Origin: Pirellulales bacterium
GTDB taxonomy: Bacteria > Planctomycetota > Planctomycetia > Pirellulales > UBA1268
DNA length: 64,000 nucleotides
Assembly (NCBI GenBank): GCA_044336985.1
Contig: JBIIOK010000001.1
Span: forward strand, 4,998 to 68,997
Reading direction: 5' to 3'
The notes beneath the pieces were generated by a model, which ran no database searches, had not been told where the DNA came from, and saw nothing but the letters and a program-made list of their open reading frames with translations. The position numbers and the translations under genes are program-made. Below, piece after piece: positions 35,801-43,287 of the stretch. How positions within the stretch are numbered: position 1 is the stretch's first letter; each line of letters opens with the position of its first letter.

Positions 35801-37878
35801 TGAAGGTCGAGCCGGCCGAGGATCTGCTCGTCGCCTACCTCGACCGCGAGAACACCGACCCGGGCATCCCCTGGGAGCGGAAGAGCCCGGTGGAGCAGTC
35901 GGGCGCCGAAGACGCGCAGCTGCGGGTCTTCGACGTGGCTAGCCGGCCGCTCGACGATGCGGAGCGGAAGGCCGTCGCCACGACGCGGGCGGTGGGACGT
36001 CGGTTCGGTGAGTTCGTGCCCGTCACCCGCGAGATCGTGGCCGTACGACCGGAGAGGATGGCCAAGGCCGACAGCCCGGCGCAGGTGCTCGTCGACGGTC
36101 CGCTCCTCGTCGAGCTGCTCGCTCCGGCGGTCGCCAAGAGCGCCGAGAGCAGGGGAGAAATCTTCGTGCAGACCGAGGCGGGCCGGGAGAAGTTCGGCCG
36201 GCCGGTGGGGGAAGGGGAGTTTCCGCTCGAGGTGCCCGGCACGATCCGGCTCGTGCGGCATCCGGGCGACTGGAACGCCATCACACCGCCCCCCGGCGTG
36301 CGCGGCGTGGTGGTCCGCGGCAACCGCTTCGCGGTCGATCCGCTCGCCGAGGGCCGCTTCGTGTTCCTCGTGAACAAGGAGCTCGGCCCCGTGCCGGACG
36401 AGCCGGACGAATCGCTGACGACGGAGCACGTGGAAAGACTGCGATACGATCCGCCCACGCTCCAGGTGCGGGGCAACGACACCGTCTACGTCGGCTACCG
36501 CACCACGGCCAAGGACGGCGGCGAAAAGTGGATCGTGCAGCCTGTGAAGCTCACCTCCGACATCCTCTTCGACGTGATGGACGAACGCTACCAGGAGTCG
36601 ATGGCGGGCACGCACGTGGGCGACAGCCTGCACGTGCGGCTCATCAATCCATCGCTCGACGCGACCGACGAGAAGGACACGGCGACCGTGCGGCTCACCG
36701 CCTCGGGTGGCGGTGAACTGGAACTGACGCTCTTCGAGACGTTTGGCCACTCGGGCGTGTTCAAGGGCGTGGCCCGGCTCTCCTACCGGGACGTAGCCGA
36801 GCCGGCCGCGGCCGCCGCTCCCTCGGCGTCCGACCGGGCTCTGCCGGTCGCCTACGGCGAAACGGTGAAGATCCGCTACGAGCCGCCGACGGGCGATGCC
36901 ATCGAGCGCTCGGTCGATATCTTCAAGGGGGGCGATGGCCGGCTCGTGCCCTTCACGAAGCGGTTCAACGATCCCGCGATCGCGGTCCAGACCCAGTTCA
37001 CGGTGGCGGAGGCCTGGTTCGAACTGGCCAAGCGGCACCGCGAGCTCGGCCAGGAAAGCCTCGCCCGCCGCGAGATCGCGCAGGGCAAGAAGCTGCTCGA
37101 GGAGGCGATCCGCGACTATCCCGACACGGAGGCCCGGGCCCAGGCCGACTACCTGCTCGCGAACCTCTCCTTCGAGTTCTCGAAGGAGGCGGACAACGAG
37201 GATCTCAAGCGGCAGCATGCCCTCGACGCCGTGGCCCGGTTCAGCAACATCGTGTCGAGCCATCCCGACAGCGAGTATGCCCCGAAGAGCCAATACAAGA
37301 AGGCCCTCGTCCTCGAGACGCTCGGCGACATCGACCAGGCCTGCGAGGAATACGTCAAGCTTTCCTACCGCTATCCCGACAACGAACTCGTGGCCGAGAC
37401 GATCGCCCGGCTGGGGCAATACTTCCTCGCCAAGGGGAAGCAACTCGACGAGGAATCGTCCTCCCAGACCGATCCGGTCGAGAAGGAGAAGGTGGCGATC
37501 AAGGGCCGGGAGATGTTCACGACGGCGGCCGAGGTCTTCGGCCGCCTGAGCGAGCGTTTCCCACAGCACGCGCTGGCCAACAAGACGAAGATGCTCTCGG
37601 CCCAGTGCTACATGCGGGCCAAGGAATTCAAGAAGGCGCTCGCCGGCTTCGAGGGCATCGCCAGGGATCCGCAGACGGAGAAGGACCTCGCCGCCGAGGC
37701 GATGTATTGGGGCGGCGACGTCAACCTCCAGCAGAAGGACCTGAAGAACGCCTACCGCAGCTTCAAGAAGCTCACCTGGGACTACCCCGAGAGCAAGTGG
37801 GCCAAGTTCGCCCGCGGCCGGCTCACGGAAGACGCGCTGGTGCAGGTCGAGGAACAGATGGAGAAGGAGAGCAAATGA
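29860..37878 (+). CDS. Giant exported protein (2672 aa): helical N-terminal region, discoidin-like and repeated beta-rich modules, C-terminal YbgF/BamD-like TPR array
   Basis: The track ORF starts at GTG 29842. The ATG at 29860 lies 10 nt after GGAGGA and gives the signal peptide MNATILRFAIAACLLAAPAVRAAE. Discoidin-like: GTPWIGLADSKRPKTFAVDLNDNVALGKMTV...YVQTSLNGRDFRTVGQW. C-terminal TPRs: DYPDTEARAQADYLLAN, SHPDSEYAPKSQYKKALVL, RYPDNELVAETIARLGQY, RFPQHALANKTKMLSAQCY, DYPESKWAKFARGRL. Confidence 0.85.
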   Translation: MNATILRFAIAACLLAAPAVRAAEPQPAKLSPDAAEPQVVEFLTKAGEAGDAYAANIALKAWLARHPSPAPAVLLAAGDTARAAGDLQAAASLYKRWIATAPADEARSRVAARLYEILAGSLQSNDDAYSFFVRNGFELRQSLEARQFDLWFLEQAQARKDPVTAAQILATVMSEKLPLELERNLYWDLLDWTMGELARATPDRHAAAPAARQIVGLVRESPARAARYGFITAWLEFQAAVAGKDAAAQAAAFAPVATAAAAYVDAAPTNAVLNDILNAFFCGTNGHQAWQTIGGPITGLWTASFEKLPDDEKAKAINGWNGWWNFQASPEQWVELGAKYPAVFQKAVGTRTLPLLVSKPDPAVFAKQATFLSGVTSDAAKVVNAVVATKGTDLPAGLRHLSQAESWHGEFVSTWGAAGQLWNIYRSFPRQPAANDADWLKALAAWAPEGVYRTPIALFQPDAVANCLTASLVVLPQEDKSAFAAELRRLDWVPWDENGRKAAITPAHAAFKQWADQVRNQLKAAQGAAKAAPADKARAEAVAKWEKAAGQIAALEEEFKKAFDVNVPASADWAKLADPLAMHLGRCVQAAREKKADAYVAGGREAYKLIRDYFDKKTPFGGPALKWLLGSGATGLEIADFQAEVFADQIALWQPGKPTAALSAIEYALVSNFSNVPADRKSQALKLNAAIGKGILAQLERGRFEPVLFGWFRQTKTGAGWRDQEAGKEVMAKLIDTKALLVHKQSVVHASATASYQYLVRSEFNSLAKTYPPETYFDDMFVEESKANGWLDWAFFNYSPDQKQKAVTLAAEMFAGFPGLATGPNAPKQFDRLPQMLAAGDPRVVTRPPTWTVADVNNWYTRTLTAPAEPRAKLVAAVEGAWGKTRFDNVAMGYASIPADPAAIAAAPARAEYFKNVATLLDRRTSYPVRSAAPSLVALVPVPAASYSAEELAVIARVFDAPQPSSWPGGSEWFGPALALALQAGGREADLPRAFLELWRIPRELNNPNAANALAAIPAGLARAGKTGVAAAIAESGIQMLGSFLPDGARSPLAAIRTDALLALGGGNPLPRNDPRWPIYEAQLQLAAGKPQGAWQLYQGNPVIATQIYKELNPEFTAWLIRENTATGNYDRARELGQLLLAWTESAPGVLTPEAQAGLLVAYADIALARREYAQARALYERIAAAKEFDGTAGKSDAELRVAEVDRLTRQFDRARDLLQKLSRRPDRLLQAEALYQLALLKADQEEIEEAAGFLQEVFTRVPNHVGGRILEGKLNLLRRKYDVAAKVKLGVLGDKKFLIPGKPLEVDLEDRNLAVVGKAAQIEIKAWTASGDEERFNLFPFGDSKTRFTGQVPTQLGPPAKGDHVLQLVGGDTVRYTFAESFTAGSKTAVEEPAAMTVVTDAEVFASSGAILTKEELENRALEKMIRAKLELESGAPQSTALAATRSEDQVKPGNPVNIRVVDPDRGTTPQADTIDVRATTASGDSLQVKLTETGPYTGIFEGRVPTGSGQATAYASDSTEGNDPNNVIGPASGTPWIGLADSKRPKTFAVDLNDNVALGKMTVAANVPGRKLKDVYVQTSLNGRDFRTVGQWRADGKATFVPWDGGPRAEFARIVGPPTPFNTPARFADYLETGRLASGSPLVLPKVESLAFGPLDGNLGGLHTAMELQDWYVGHWVAGFELDKPQTRSFTLDPKGKTGNISYVFAIDGKVSANPQTPLKIERALTRGVHRIDVYALAQRYAGLNFEVLIDAPEAPFTASIPKETFSIEKHPAIADAFGTAPAEIKANADGSALEVAFAKGSRARVVRLLLADFETDAPAINAMTLVDADGKTVLPTQKSFLDVAKNDVLEIIPGDKLTVLYEDPTVITKERATQERFLTATFTNAEVSATFVEFIEHNGERRARYVPMRRFAPGDTVKVFIGDPDMDVSPEADRVSFTVKAGRGEPITVEALETEPHSGIFIGTVFPVAGEPARKTELKVEPAEDLLVAYLDRENTDPGIPWERKSPVEQSGAEDAQLRVFDVASRPLDDAERKAVATTRAVGRRFGEFVPVTREIVAVRPERMAKADSPAQVLVDGPLLVELLAPAVAKSAESRGEIFVQTEAGREKFGRPVGEGEFPLEVPGTIRLVRHPGDWNAITPPPGVRGVVVRGNRFAVDPLAEGRFVFLVNKELGPVPDEPDESLTTEHVERLRYDPPTLQVRGNDTVYVGYRTTAKDGGEKWIVQPVKLTSDILFDVMDERYQESMAGTHVGDSLHVRLINPSLDATDEKDTATVRLTASGGGELELTLFETFGHSGVFKGVARLSYRDVAEPAAAAAPSASDRALPVAYGETVKIRYEPPTGDAIERSVDIFKGGDGRLVPFTKRFNDPAIAVQTQFTVAEAWFELAKRHRELGQESLARREIAQGKKLLEEAIRDYPDTEARAQADYLLANLSFEFSKEADNEDLKRQHALDAVARFSNIVSSHPDSEYAPKSQYKKALVLETLGDIDQACEEYVKLSYRYPDNELVAETIARLGQYFLAKGKQLDEESSSQTDPVEKEKVAIKGREMFTTAAEVFGRLSERFPQHALANKTKMLSAQCYMRAKEFKKALAGFEGIARDPQTEKDLAAEAMYWGGDVNLQQKDLKNAYRSFKKLTWDYPESKWAKFARGRLTEDALVQVEEQMEKESK

Positions 37879-38270
37879 CATTGTCGCTGCCTTCCGAAAC
37901 GCCGACGACGCTGCCCACCGCAGTGCGCGACCTGCTGGCCTCCCGTGGGCTCGGTGACGCCCCCGTGACGTTCGCGGCCCCGTCGCCGACCCGGCTCGAC
38001 ACCGGCGGCTGGCTGCGGGGCGGTCAGGCCTGGGCGGCGGTCGTGGGGAACAGCTTCGTGATCGCCGCGGCCGGTCCGCGGCCCTCCCTGATCCAACTGC
38101 CGCGTGCGGCGCTTTCCCGCGCGGTCTACAACCACGTCACCGGCGAGCTCGGCTTTCCGCCGGTGACCTCCGGCCCCGACATTCCCCCGGTGCGGCTCGA
38201 TCCGCTCGTCGCGCGGGCGCTCGTGGCGCTCGCCTCTCCCTCCACCCCAGGAAGTTCCTCCGATGCTTGA
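37875..38270 (+). CDS. Hypothetical protein (131 aa), translationally coupled on both sides
   Basis: The ATG at 37875 overlaps the TGA of the giant gene (ATGA). The sequence MTLSLPSETPTTLPTAVRDLLASRGLGDAPVTF... has no recognisable domain. It is in frame within track ORF 37605..38270 and overlaps the exbB start by 8 nt. Confidence 0.55.
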   Translation: MTLSLPSETPTTLPTAVRDLLASRGLGDAPVTFAAPSPTRLDTGGWLRGGQAWAAVVGNSFVIAAAGPRPSLIQLPRAALSRAVYNHVTGELGFPPVTSGPDIPPVRLDPLVARALVALASPSTPGSSSDA

Positions 38271-38964
38271 AACGATCATCAAGGGCGGCTCGATGATGGC
38301 GCCGCTCATGCTGCAAAGCGTACTCGCCATCGCCGTCGTCATCGACCGCTGGATCGCCTTCTCCCGCAACGACAAGGTCGACTCCCGATCGCTGCGGTCG
38401 AAGGTGCTCGAGCTGCTGGCCGCCGGCAAGGTCGGCGAGGCGATGTCACTGTGTGCGAGCACGCCCGGGCCGGTGTCGGCGGTGATGCTTGCGGGCCTGC
38501 AGGCCTACGCGAAATTCGCCCGGGTGACGGCGGGCCGGCCGGAGACCTGCCGGGCGCTCGTCGAGGACGCCATGGAAAACTACTCGCAGGTCGCCTCGGC
38601 AGCGCTCAACAAGCGGCTCAGCGTGCTCTCCTTCGTGGCGGGCTCGGCGCCGCTGCTCGGGATGCTCGGCACCGTGACGGGCATGATCAGCGCCTTCGCC
38701 GGCATGGCCGTGGGCGGCGTGTCGAACGAGACGGTGTCGGCGGGCATCTCCGAGGCCCTGATCACGACGGCCGCGGGCCTCATCATCTCGCTGATCGCCG
38801 TCGTGCCCTACCACTACCTCACCTCCCGGGCCGGCGCCGTCGAATCGGAGATGGTCGAGGCGGCCTCCGAACTGCTCGACTACATCACGCTCCGCCAGGG
38901 TGCCGCGGCCCAGCCCCGTCCGGCCGCGGCCGCCCCCGCCGCCCGGCCCGCCGCTCCGGCCTGA
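38263..38964 (+). CDS. exbB: MotA/TolQ/ExbB-family proton channel
   Basis: 233 aa. The sequence reads MMAPLMLQSVLAIAVVIDRW...LSFVAGSAPLLGMLGTVTGMISAFAGMA...GISEALITTAAGLIISLIAVVPYHYL, the classic ExbB/TolQ TM2-TM3 signature. Confidence 0.9.
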   Translation: MLETIIKGGSMMAPLMLQSVLAIAVVIDRWIAFSRNDKVDSRSLRSKVLELLAAGKVGEAMSLCASTPGPVSAVMLAGLQAYAKFARVTAGRPETCRALVEDAMENYSQVASAALNKRLSVLSFVAGSAPLLGMLGTVTGMISAFAGMAVGGVSNETVSAGISEALITTAAGLIISLIAVVPYHYLTSRAGAVESEMVEAASELLDYITLRQGAAAQPRPAAAAPAARPAAPA

Positions 38965-38981
38965 CAAAAAAGCACCCCGCC

Positions 38982-39398
38982 ATGCCCTTTGCCCGGCGCA
39001 AGGAAAAACGTGATCTCGAGATCCCCACCGATTCGGTGTCGGACATCGCGTTTCTCCTCATCATCTTCTTCATCCTCACCACCACCCTGAGCAAGCTCAC
39101 GGGATTCACGGCAGAGCTGCCCTCGGGCGCGGCCGCCCAGCAGCAGGCGGCCAAGACCGATGCCAAGACCCCGACCGTGCAGATCGCAAACGGCAAGCTC
39201 CTCTTCAACGAGCAGGAGGTCACGCCGGCCGCGCTCCGCGAGCGGCTCCTCGACCTGCGGCTCGACACGAAGCAGGGGGAGGAGAAGGTGGTGATGCTCG
39301 AGGCGGCCGGCAAGGTCGACTACCAGACCTACTATGCCACCATGGCCGCGATCAGCGGCGCCGGCGGCATCGTGGCGATCGTGGAGGAGGGGGAATGA
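38982..39398 (+). CDS. exbD: ExbD/TolR-family protein 1
   Basis: Internal ATG of track ORF 38451..39398. MPFARRKEKRDLEIPTDSVSDIAFLLIIFFILTTT carries the conserved D in the TM segment. C-terminal part: VVMLEAAGKVDYQTYYATMAAISGAG. Confidence 0.9.
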   Translation: MPFARRKEKRDLEIPTDSVSDIAFLLIIFFILTTTLSKLTGFTAELPSGAAAQQQAAKTDAKTPTVQIANGKLLFNEQEVTPAALRERLLDLRLDTKQGEEKVVMLEAAGKVDYQTYYATMAAISGAGGIVAIVEEGE

Positions 39399-39814
39399 AG
39401 CTCCGCAAGTCGCGCCGCGTCGCCCCCGCCGTGCCGCTGGCGAGCATGGGAGACATCGCGTTTCTCCTCACGATCTTCTTCATCCTCACGAGCAACTTCG
39501 CGAAGGACGACACGCGGAAGATCAAGCCGCCGAACGCCCGGGAACTCGCCCAGCTCGAGAACCAGAACGTGTCGGTGTCGATCGACGCCGACGGCGGCGT
39601 CTTCTTCAACGGCCGGCCGGTCGCCTCGCCGGCGACGATCGAGGCCGGCGTGGCCGGCTTTCTCGCCGGCAAGAAGGACGCCAAGGACCGGATGGTGGTG
39701 TTTCGCTGCGACCAGGGCGTCGACAAGAAGGTGTTCGAGCCGGTGCTCGCGGCGATCTCCAAGGGCGGCGGCGTGATCGCCGCCGTCGGGCAGGCGTCGC
39801 AGGCGAAACCGTAA
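39395..39814 (+). CDS. exbD: ExbD/TolR-family protein 2
   Basis: 139-aa ORF with an ATGA overlap with exbD-1. N-terminal part: VPLASMGDIAFLLTIFFILTSNF. C-terminal part: VVFRCDQGVDKKVFEPVLAAISKGG. Confidence 0.9.
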   Translation: MKLRKSRRVAPAVPLASMGDIAFLLTIFFILTSNFAKDDTRKIKPPNARELAQLENQNVSVSIDADGGVFFNGRPVASPATIEAGVAGFLAGKKDAKDRMVVFRCDQGVDKKVFEPVLAAISKGGGVIAAVGQASQAKP

Positions 39815-39867
39815 ACGAAACCGGAAACGAAAAAATAGAACGACAGGAAATCAACAGAGAGGACCCC

Positions 39868-40284
39868 ATGGCAACCCCATCCCCGCAGGCCGCCACGACC
39901 GCCGAACAGATCTCGCCCGACGACCTGCTCGCGGGCTTCTCCAAGAGCCACCTCGTTCGCTGGTTCCTCGCCGCGCTCCTGCTCCATGCGATCGTGATCG
40001 GCGGATTCTCCGTCGGCACGGTCCGCGACTGGCTCGACCCGGAGGGGGCGAAGGCCCGCAAGGAGGCGGCGATCGCCGCCGCGAAGGCCGCCACCGCGCC
40101 GGCCGAGACGCCGGCTCCAGCGGCCGAAGGTAAGCCCGAGGAGACGAAGCCCGCCGCCGATGCGACCGCGGCGGAGGCCAAGTCGGCGGTCGAGAAGGCC
40201 ACGACCGAGGTGGCCAAGCCGGGCGAGATTCCCTCGGCGCCCGACGACCTCGGCCTGAGCATCGAAGACACCAACCCCAACTGA
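39868..40284 (+). CDS. TolA/TonB-like stub: single TM helix with embedded His plus Ala/Glu/Lys/Pro-rich linker, no C-terminal TonB/TolA domain
   Basis: Internal ATG of track ORF 39334..40284, preceded by GAGAGGA. TM: LVRWFLAALLLHAIVIGGFSV. Linker: EGAKARKEAAIAAAKAATAPAETPAPAAEGKPEETKPAADATAAEAKSAVEKATTE. The protein ends after 138 aa. Confidence 0.65.
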   Translation: MATPSPQAATTAEQISPDDLLAGFSKSHLVRWFLAALLLHAIVIGGFSVGTVRDWLDPEGAKARKEAAIAAAKAATAPAETPAPAAEGKPEETKPAADATAAEAKSAVEKATTEVAKPGEIPSAPDDLGLSIEDTNPN

Positions 40285-40297
40285 GCCCTCCCCACAG

Positions 40298-41905
40298 GTG
40301 CCGTCGGTGCGTCTCTCCCCCTCCACCCTCGCGCGGGCCACGCTCGCCGTGACGCTTCTGGCGCTTGCGGCGATCGGTGGCGCATGCGCCTGGCGGCTCG
40401 TGCAGGCGGCCGACTGGCTCGCGGCCCGGCATGCCGGCCTGGCGGAGCCGCTTGCTGCCGAGGGGGTCACGGCGTTGGCCCTGGCCGCGGGGGCCGTCAT
40501 CGCGATCGCGGCCGCGGTGGCCGCCGCGGGCGGCCTCGCGGCGTTCCTCCCGGGGCGGCTCGCGCTTGCGATGGTGCGGGCGGGCTTCTGGGCGAGCTAC
40601 GCGGGGATCGCGGCCTGGCTCGTGCTCGCCAGCCGCGGCGTCGGCGTGATCGGCGAGAAGAAGCTCCTCGTCGACGGCCTGCAGCAGGATGGAGTGACGC
40701 TCTTCACGCTCTGGTGGAGCCTCATCGGGCCGGCGCTCCTGCCGTTGGCGATGGCCCTCTTCGGCCATGTGCAGAGCTGGCGGGGTTCGACGATCGCCTC
40801 GTTCACCGGGGGCCGCAAGGATGCGGGCGATCCGCCGCCCGCCGCCATCGGCGACGCGATCGTGGAAAACGTCCGGACCGGCGGGGCTGATCCACTCTTT
40901 CGCAAGAGCTGGCTCGGCAGCTTCTGGAGCCACATGCTCCTGATCGTGATCATCCCCTGGCTCATGCAGTACATCGGCTGCCGCGAGCGTTACAACGTGC
41001 CACAGGGCTCGGGCGAGGAGGCGGTCGCCGCCGTCGTGCAGGTGGCCAAGCCCATCAAGAAGAAAAAGAAACGCTACATCCTCAACCTCAACTCGGCGAT
41101 CATTCTCTCGAAGCCCGACCTCGACAAAGATTCCGACGTCGAGGAGACGGTGGAGAAGGCCTCCGAGATCACCTACACGGCCGACACCAACTCCGCCCAG
41201 GCCCGCGCTGCGGGGAAGCTGGGGAAGGGGGGCGGCAAGGAGGGCGGTTGGCCCGACGGCGTGGGGAAGGATCCGGTGCGGTTCTTCCGGATCAAGCACA
41301 ACGGCCCCGGCTGGGATGACGGCATGGACGAGGCGTCGCGGGCCGACATGAACTTCATGGACGAATTCAAGAAGGTGACCGGCTTCAAGATCGCGAAGGT
41401 GCCCGAGGCCCGCACGATCCAGCAACTGCGAAGTTTCGACAAGGGCTTCGCGCCGCCGTTCATGTATCTCACCGGGGCGGGCGGGATTCCGGTCACGGCC
41501 GCCGACGTGAAGGTGCTCCGCGAGTACCTGCTCGACGGCGGCATGCTCTTCGCCGATGCCGGCAGCCCGCAGTTTCACCATAGTTTTCTCGCCCTCATGG
41601 CGGCGGTGTTTCCCGACCGGCAACTCGTGACGATCGCCGACGACGACCCGATCTTCCTGGCGCCGTTCACGTTTCCCAACGGCGCCCCGCCGCTCTGGCA
41701 CCACGGGGGGAACAAGGCACTCGGCGTGAAGCACCAGAACCGCTGGGCGGTCTTCTACCACCCCGGCGACATCAACGACGCCTGGAAGACGGGCGGCTCG
41801 GGCATGAGCCGCGAACTGAGCCAGCAGTCGTACCGGCTGGGCGTGAACATCATCTACCACGCCTTCACCAACTATCTCGACATGACGCGAAAGCACCGCA
41901 AGTGA
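40298..41905 (+). CDS. Polytopic membrane protein with C-terminal DUF4159 domain
   Basis: 535 aa with a GTG start. There are several hydrophobic segments in the first ~230 aa, followed by a KKKKKR patch. C-terminal part: VRFFRIKHNGPGWDDG...PPFMYLTGAGGIPVTAADVKVLREYLLDGGMLFADAGS...FPDRQLVTIADDDPIFLAPFTF...AVFYHPGDINDAW, typical of DUF4159 (a domain seen in Bat/MoxR-type neighbourhoods). Confidence 0.8.
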   Translation: MPSVRLSPSTLARATLAVTLLALAAIGGACAWRLVQAADWLAARHAGLAEPLAAEGVTALALAAGAVIAIAAAVAAAGGLAAFLPGRLALAMVRAGFWASYAGIAAWLVLASRGVGVIGEKKLLVDGLQQDGVTLFTLWWSLIGPALLPLAMALFGHVQSWRGSTIASFTGGRKDAGDPPPAAIGDAIVENVRTGGADPLFRKSWLGSFWSHMLLIVIIPWLMQYIGCRERYNVPQGSGEEAVAAVVQVAKPIKKKKKRYILNLNSAIILSKPDLDKDSDVEETVEKASEITYTADTNSAQARAAGKLGKGGGKEGGWPDGVGKDPVRFFRIKHNGPGWDDGMDEASRADMNFMDEFKKVTGFKIAKVPEARTIQQLRSFDKGFAPPFMYLTGAGGIPVTAADVKVLREYLLDGGMLFADAGSPQFHHSFLALMAAVFPDRQLVTIADDDPIFLAPFTFPNGAPPLWHHGGNKALGVKHQNRWAVFYHPGDINDAWKTGGSGMSRELSQQSYRLGVNIIYHAFTNYLDMTRKHRK

Positions 41906-43128
41906 CGTCCACTTCCGCCATCCTCTGGGAGACCTTCGGCCTCGTGGGCCTCGCCTCGGCGGTGGCCTGGGCGGCGGCGGCTGTTTTCCTGGTGGCCGGA
42001 ATCGCGAGCCGCATCCGCTGGACCTGCTGGCTCGCGGCGGCCGGGATGGCGGCAGCGGGCGTCGTGCTCGCCGCGGCGACGTCGGCGAGCATCCGCTCGA
42101 TCGAGATCGATCGCTCGGCCGAGGTGCTGGCGGCCGAGGCGGCGGGCACGAAGGCGGTGCAGGAGAAGCTCCGCAGCCGCGCCGCGAACATCCGCTTCGC
42201 CGAGGACACGACGGCCGACCAGGCCGACGTCGCGGGCGTGACGGTGGCCGAGGAGGAGGGGGCCTACGAGCGGGCCGTCGAGGAGCAACTTGCGAAGATC
42301 CCCGCCTACCAAGCCCGCGGCAAGAAGGCCCGCGCGGGCAGAAAGGCGGCGGCCCCAGGCGACGAGGCAGCCCCGGGCATGGACGCATCGGCCGCGGACG
42401 CCCCCGATGCCGATCCAGAGGCCGCCGACGGGGAGCCGGCCCCGCAGGTGCGGAAACTGCCCGAATCGCAGCTCGTCGTGGCCGACCGGTTTGACCGGGG
42501 CAACCGGGCCTTGGCCTGGGCCGCGCTCCTCGGCGCAGTCGGGCTCGTCGGCATGGAGTATGTCCGCCGGTTCAACAGCACGTTCGATCCCGTCTGGCCC
42601 GTGCCATTGACCGGCACGCCCATCGACGGGCTCGCCGGCAAGGAGCATGTGGTTTCGCTTCCGCCGGGGGGAGTCGAGGCGGTTCCGGCCTGGCTCGAGT
42701 CGCTCGTGCGGCGCGGCGAGTCGTTCATCCTGTTTGCGGCGAACGATCCGCTCGCGGGGCGGTCGGTGCTGCAGCGGGTATCCCTGCCGGCAGTGTCGTT
42801 GCCGAGAATATCGCTGCCGCAGGTTCAGATCACGACGCCGGTGCGCGCGTTTTCGGCCCGGGCGCTGGCCGCCGATCCGTCGCTCGTGGAGCTCGCCTTC
42901 GAGTCGGCCTGGTTTGGCCGCGGCTGCACGGTGATCGTCGGGGCCGACGCCGCCGGCGACGTGCTCACGCGATTCGCGGCCGCGGTCGAATCGCGGCGGC
43001 AGTGCCGTGCAGCAGCCGCGCGCACACTCGACATCATCTGGGCGCTCGACGCCGCCCCGCCGCCCGAAGCCGCCGCAACGCTCGCCCGCCTCGCCGCCCC
43101 GACCAATATCCGCTGGTCGCGCCCGTAA
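41902..43128 (+). CDS. Hypothetical membrane protein (408 aa), last gene of the operon
   Basis: The GTGA overlap with the DUF4159 gene indicates coupling. Two N-terminal hydrophobic helices: LWETFGLVGLASAVAWAAAAVFLVAGI and WTCWLAAAGMAAAGVVLAAA. These are followed by an acidic/Ala-rich linker and a C-terminal globular region. No domain was recognised. Confidence 0.6.
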   Translation: MTSTSAILWETFGLVGLASAVAWAAAAVFLVAGIASRIRWTCWLAAAGMAAAGVVLAAATSASIRSIEIDRSAEVLAAEAAGTKAVQEKLRSRAANIRFAEDTTADQADVAGVTVAEEEGAYERAVEEQLAKIPAYQARGKKARAGRKAAAPGDEAAPGMDASAADAPDADPEAADGEPAPQVRKLPESQLVVADRFDRGNRALAWAALLGAVGLVGMEYVRRFNSTFDPVWPVPLTGTPIDGLAGKEHVVSLPPGGVEAVPAWLESLVRRGESFILFAANDPLAGRSVLQRVSLPAVSLPRISLPQVQITTPVRAFSARALAADPSLVELAFESAWFGRGCTVIVGADAAGDVLTRFAAAVESRRQCRAAAARTLDIIWALDAAPPPEAAATLARLAAPTNIRWSRP

Positions 43129-43287
43129 GCGCAACGCCCGCGCGCCTCCAAGGGAATGCGGGTGGCCGCACGGCGATGGCGAGCGGATTCCCGTCGCTTG
43201 CGCAGGCGGGCTTGGCATCCCCGGCAGGCCGGTCTGCACTCCCTTCCGGGCCACGGTATGCTGGAAGGCTTTCCCGTCCGCCCATCC

